From: Vicugna vicugna
Taxonomy: Eukaryota
Direction of reading: 5' to 3'
Assembly: GCA_013265495.1 (NCBI GenBank)
Contig: MU058289.1
Coordinates: 744,001-808,000 of the forward strand
Length of the DNA: 64,000 bases
The notes beneath the pieces were generated by a model, which was given only the letters and a program-made list of their open reading frames with translations, did not search any database and was not told where the DNA came from. Made by a program: the position numbers and the translations under genes. Positions 58,540-64,000 of this stretch are shown one piece after another (the stretch's first letter is position 1; the number at the start of each line of letters is the position of its first letter).

Positions 58540-61500
58540 TTGTTCTTTTATTGTGGTAAAATACACATACCATAATATTAACCATTTGTAAATATACGAT
58601 TCAATGGCACTAATGACATTCACTTTGCTGTGTACCCATCACCACTATTTACACCCTATCTTTTTCGTCATCCCCTGCATAAACTCTGTACCAGTTTAAC
58701 AATAACTTCCCATTCCCACCTGCCCCCAGCCCCTGGTAACCTCTATTGTACTTTCTTTCTCTATCAGATTGCTTATTCTGAGTACCTCATATAAGAGGAA
58801 ACATAGAACATTTGTCCTCTGTCTGGGTTATTGCACTAAGCATGTTTTCAAGGTTCATCCATGTAACATACTTAACAATCAAAATTTCTTTCCTTTCTGT
58901 AGCTGAATAGGATTTCATTGTATACATATACCACATTACATGTATCCATTTATCTGTTGTTAGATACTTGGTGGAATTAGAAAAAGATGGAAACCTTTTG
59001 ATTATTGGAAATAATGCTGCTATGAACATTGGTGTACAGATACCTGCTTTTAGTTCTTTTGGATATATACCTAGGAGGGGATTACTAGGTCATAAGATAG
59101 TTCTACTTTTCAACTTGAGGAACTGCCAAACTGTTTTCCACATTGATGCACTTTTTACATTCCCACCAGCAATGCACAAGGGTTTACATCCTCACCAATA
59201 CTTTTTGTTTTTCTGTTGTCTTGATTATAACTATCCTAATTGGTGTGAAGTAGCATCTCATCAGGGTTTTAATTTGCATTTCTCTAATGACTAATGATGT
59301 TGAGCATCTTTTCTTCTGCTTCTCAGCCATTTGTATATCATCTTTGGAGAAATATCTACTCAAATATTGCCTATTTTTGGATTGGGTTGTCTGGTTTTCT
59401 GTTGTTGAATTGTAGGAGTTCTTTTTATATTCTGAATAGTAATCACTTGTCAGATATATAATTTGCAATTGTCTTTTCACTTTCTTGATAGTGTCCTTTG
59501 ATTCAGAAAAGTGCTTAATTGGATGAAGTTCAGTTTATCTAGTTTTTTCTTTTGTTTCCTGTGTTTTGGTGTCATATCTATGAAGTTGTTGACAAATACA
59601 ACTTTGCTGAATTCGTTTTTGAGCTCTAGAAACTTTCTTGTGGATTCTTTTGGATTTTCCATGTATAGGATCATGTCATCTGAGATTAAGGATAGTTTCA
59701 CCCCTTCCTTTCCAATTTGAATGTCTTTTACTTCTTTTTCTTGTTTGATTGCTGTGGGTAGGACTTGCAATACAAAGTTGAATCACAGTGGTGAAAGCAG
59801 GCATCCTTGTCTTGGCCCTTGGTCTTAGGGGGAGAGCGTTCACTCTTTAACCTTTGAGCATGATGTTAGAAGTGGATTTTTTTTTTCATAATACCATTTG
59901 TCATGTTGAGGAATTTTCCCTCTGTTCTTAATTTCCAGGGGTCTTTGTCATGAAAGGTATTGGATTTTATCAAATGCCTTTTCTGCATCAATTGAGATGA
60001 TCATGTGATTTTTTCCCCCTTCATTCTATCAACATGATGTATTACATTGATTGATTTTCTCATGTTGAACAACTTACATCCCTGCATCATGGTGAATAAT
60101 CCTTTTAATATACTGTTGGATGGAAATTGCTGATATTTTGTTGGGGATTTTGCACCTATAGTCATAAAGGATATTGGTCTGTAATTTTCTTGCGGTATTT
60201 TTGTTGGGCTTTAGTATCAGAATGAATTAGGAATTGTTTCCCACTCTTTAATTTTTTTCAAAGAGTTTGAGAAGAAATTGGTGTTAATTCTTCTTTAGCT
60301 CTTTGGTTGAACTAATCTGTGAAACCATCTGTCCCAGGACTCTTCTTTGCTAGGATGTTCTTAATTGTAGATTCAATCTCCTTATTTTATTTTAATTTTT
60401 TAATATATTTTTATTGAAGTATAATCAGTTTATAGTGTTGTGTCAATTTCTGGTGTACAGCACAATGCTTCACTCATATAGGAACATACATATATTCGTT
60501 TTCATATTCTTTTTCACCGTATGTTCCCACAAGATATTGACTATGGTTCCCTGTGCTATACAGTATTAACTTGTTTATCTATTTCAATCTCTTTATTTGT
60601 TACAGGTCTGTTGAGGTGTTCTGTTTCTTCTTGAGTCAGTTTAGGTAAATGCGTGTTTCAAGGAAATTGACCATTTCTTCTAGGTTGTCTAATTTGTTGG
60701 CATATAGTTGTTCATAGTATTCTCTTATAGTCCTTTTTATTTCTGTAAGCTCAGTAGTAATGCCCGCACTTTCATTTCTGATTTTACTTATTTATGCCTT
60801 CTTTTTTTCCTTGTTAGACTAACCTTAGGTTTGTCAATTTTGTTGATTTTTTTTAAAATTAATTTTTGGTTTCATTGATTCTCTCCATTTCTTCCCTATT
60901 CTCTATTTTATCTGCCTTTGCTCTACTCTTTGTCACTTCTTTTAAACTTCTGCTAGTTTTAGGTGTAGCTTTCTCCTCTTTTTCTAGTTACTTAAGGTGT
61001 GAAGTTAGGTTACTATTTTGAGATTTTTTTTCTTCTTTAATGTAGGCATTGACAGCTATAAATTTCTCTCTGAGTACTCCTTTTGCTGCATCTAAGAAGT
61101 CTGAGTACCCTGTATTTTCATTTTCACTCGTCTTTAAATATTTTCTAATTCCCCTTGTGATTTCTTCTTAGACCTACTTATTATTTAAGAGACTGTTGTT
61201 TAATTTCCTCATAGTTGTAAAATTTCCAGTTTTTCTTGTGTTACTGACTTCTAACTTAATCCCACTGTGGCCAGAGAAGTCACTTTGTCTGATACCTGTC
61301 ATTTAAAATTTACCAAGATTTAATCTGTGACCTAGCATATGATATATCCTGGAAAATGTCCCCTTGACGCTGGTATTTTATTGTTGGATTGAGTGTTCTG
61401 TACATGTCTGTTAGGTCTAATTAGTTTATTGTGTTGCTCAAGTCCTCTATTTTCTTGCTTATCATCTGTCTGTTCTAACCATTATGAAAGTGGGGTATTT

Positions 61501-62280
61501 AAGTCTACAGCATTATTGTAGAACCGTCTATTTCTCCCTGCAGTTCTGTCCACGTTTGCTTCATATGTTGAGGCTCTGTTACTGGGTGTGTAAATGTTTA
61601 TATTGGTTATAACTTCTTGCTGTATCAAACTTTTCATTAATATGTAATGTTCTTTGTCTTTCAAATGTTTTTTGACTTAAAATCTATTATGTTTTCTACC
61701 TCTTTATTGGTAATCTCATTTTGTTCATACATCATTTTTCTGTCTTTCTCTATGTCTCTGTTGATTTTTGAGCATTTTATGACAGATTAATTCTTTGTCT
61801 AGTATGTCTGCCACCTGGGCTCCCTTAGAGACATTTGTCTGTTTTCCTTTGAATGGGATACTTTCCTATTTATACCTTGTGATTTTGTTGTTGTTGTTGA
61901 AAATGGACATTTAAATCTTCTAAGTGGTAACTCTGGAAATCATATTTCCCCTCTTCCCAGGGTTTGCTGGAGTTTTGTTGTGGCAGTTTTAGAATGTGTC
62001 TGTGCTGGGGATCAGCCTGAGGTGAACACTTAAGCTCACCTCAGATCTTTTCTGAGCTTGCATCTTTCTCTGGGTTTGTGCAATGACTTTCTAAATCCTC
62101 CTGTGTTCTGTATGCATGTTGTTTTTGAATGTCCTAATCCCTAAATGTGTGGCTCCCAATCCAGGGGGGAAAGTGGAGAAAACCCAGCAGTCCCTTTCAA
62201 TCTCCTGGAAGCCACTTCAGGCCGGTGGGAGCTGAAACAATGGTGACCTGCTTCTGTGTCTGCACCTCAGTGATCAGAAG
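58540..62280 (-). mobile_element. Old, internally deleted LINE-1 (3' UTR, ORF2 pieces, 5' portion)
   Basis: Minus-strand ORF remnants ([34 protein letters not shown]). Confidence 0.85.
60388..60582 (-). mobile_element. Short L1 3'-end insertion nested in the old L1
   Basis: 16-bp TSD ttcaatctc(c/t)ttattt at 60372-60387 and 60583-60598. Confidence 0.8.
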
Positions 62281-62290
62281 CAGTAATCTG

Positions 62291-62429
62291 AGGGGGGAGG
62301 GTATAGCTCAAGTGGAAGAGCATATGCTTAGCATGCATGAGGTCCTGGGTTCAATCTCCAGTACCTCCTCCAAATATAAATAAATAAATAAACCTAATTG
62401 CCTCCCTCTCATTAATAAAAAAAAAAAAA
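62291..62429 (+). mobile_element. tRNA-Ala-derived SINE (vic-1-like, long form)
   Basis: Perfect 13-bp TSD aagcagtaatctg at 62278-62290 and 62430-62442. Confidence 0.9.
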
Positions 62430-62850
62430 AAGCAGTAATCTGCAATCAGAATGCAGATTTGGAGGGCAAGGTCCTTATTGCCCATCCATCAGTGATAACA
62501 CTGACTGAGCACTTTACAACAGCTCATCAAATCCCCATTTGAGCCTTCTGTGGCCAGTACCATTAAAATCCCTATTTTGAAAATGAGGAAACTGTGGTTC
62601 ACAGAGAGAAAGCCATTTGACCAGGTCTTTATTGCAAGAAGAGTCTTCATTGTAGCTCCACAAATATGTGAGAAAGAAAAACAGCCCTTGGTAGCTGGGA
62701 GCTGACCTGACACTCATAACTGGATGTTGGTGTTTCTAGGAGCTGGCCTAGAACTCACAGCTGGGTCACTAGAAAGAATTTCACCGAACACCAACATCAC
62801 ACAGAGTCTCTCTATGACTGATGAACCAAGATAAAAACAAGACCACTCCA

Positions 62851-62962
62851 GGAGTGGGAGCAGGGTAACAGCTCAGTGGTAGAGCACATGCTCAGCATCC
62901 ACAAGGTCCCAGGTTCAATCCCCAGTACCTTTATTAAAAAAATAAAAATAAATAAAAAAAAC
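62851..62962 (+). mobile_element. tRNA-Ala-derived SINE (vic-1-like, short form)
   Basis: Perfect 13-bp TSD caagaccactcca at 62838-62850 and 62963-62975. Confidence 0.9.
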
Positions 62963-63499
62963 CAAGACCACTCCATAATCATGTCCCAACACAGACAAAA
63001 CAGGGACATTGTCCAAGCCACAAAATATGAAACATCTCCCTCTCCCATTCTTCTCACCTTCTAGATAAGGTAGACTTACTCCCACTTCCTGACAGCACCC
63101 AATCCAGAGAAAATCCCCACTTTCTTGACTTCATGCCCAAGTCAAATAAAACATGACCAAATTCTACAAGTCTTTTCTGACACCTCCTTCCTGAGATGGT
63201 GCACCAGTTCCCCATCGTGCACGCCTCCCCTCGCTGCACTTAGTCAACAAATCCAACTTTGTCCAGCCACACGTGTTTTCCTGGCTGAAGTGCACTGACA
63301 TGTGCCTAACATGTTCCCACCTCAGGGCCTTTGCATGTACTGTGTGCTTAGTCCAGACTCTGCTTCGTCTGCCTCATCCTCTGTAGGTCTGCCCTTAAAG
63401 GTCTCTCTCCCTGCTTTATTCTCCTTCAAAGCCCTTACCAGGACCTGATGTTTTATTAGTCACTTATTTGTTTACCATCTGTTTTCCCCCAAGGTAAAG

Positions 63500-63865
63500 A
63501 CGATACTGCTCAGCAAATATTCCATGTGCTCCCCTACATTTCTCAGCCCCTCTAGAGTTAGGTGGGGCTATGTGAGTAACTCTAGGTTAATAGCCTGCAA
63601 ACAAAAGTAATGTAGATCCCTCCCAGGCCAGAACATTTAATTGCCAGTGCGGGACTCACTGTCCGCTCTTCTCTTGCTGCAGCTGCTAATGACGTTACAG
63701 ATGGTGTAGCCTCCGTCAGCCATGGTATCTGAAGGGACCATCCCACATTGGACACGTAGCATGAACCAAAAACAACAACAACAACAACAAAAAACTATAT
63801 TAAGCCTCTGAGACCCCAGAATTCTTTTGTTCTACAGCATAACCTGACTTATCCTGATTAACATA
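63500..63865. mobile_element. MaLR LTR (MLT1J-like)
   Basis: 'catttctcagcccctctagagttaggtggggctatgtga' ... 'acagcataacctgacttatcctgattaaca'. Confidence 0.6.
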
Positions 63866-64000
63866 TCCCCCATAGAATGTAGACTCCGAAAGAACAGGGA
63901 CTTAGCCTGGATCCTTAGTGCCTAGTGCAGTTTGAGTAAGCAATAATTATTTATGGAGTAAATAAACATGCCAGGCACAAGAAGACAAAGTTCCTGGGCC

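Noticed and set aside
62715..63300. Possible ERV LTR fragment hosting the last SINE
   Set aside because: Family and ends could not be established without a repeat search.

Overview
Mammalian genomic DNA, very probably camelid: the hepcidin-25 is [25 protein letters not shown] and there are tRNA-Ala-derived vic-1-like SINEs. Four intact multi-exon genes lie in tandem on the minus strand in the conserved order LSR -> USF2 -> HAMP -> MAG. I reconstructed every coding exon by hand with GT-AG borders and consistent phase: LSR 594 aa, USF2 346 aa, prepro-hepcidin 83 aa, L-MAG 626 aa and S-MAG 580 aa. Both ends of the window are nested L1/SINE/LTR repeats, including a comparatively young 5'-truncated L1 whose 558-codon ORF2 remnant is unbroken. 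A 178-N gap sits in the USF2 CpG island. I found no wholly new gene or system, and most ORFs in the track are GC-driven noise. The best leads are a shortened S-MAG exon lacking the terminal His, a stop-closed remnant of the human LSR N-terminal extension, a dense lymphoid TF-motif cluster downstream of MAG, a poly(A)-only retro-insertion, an in-frame G-rich MAG intron, and a candidate CTCF site between HAMP and MAG. Comparisons to other species are from memory and need alignment to confirm.
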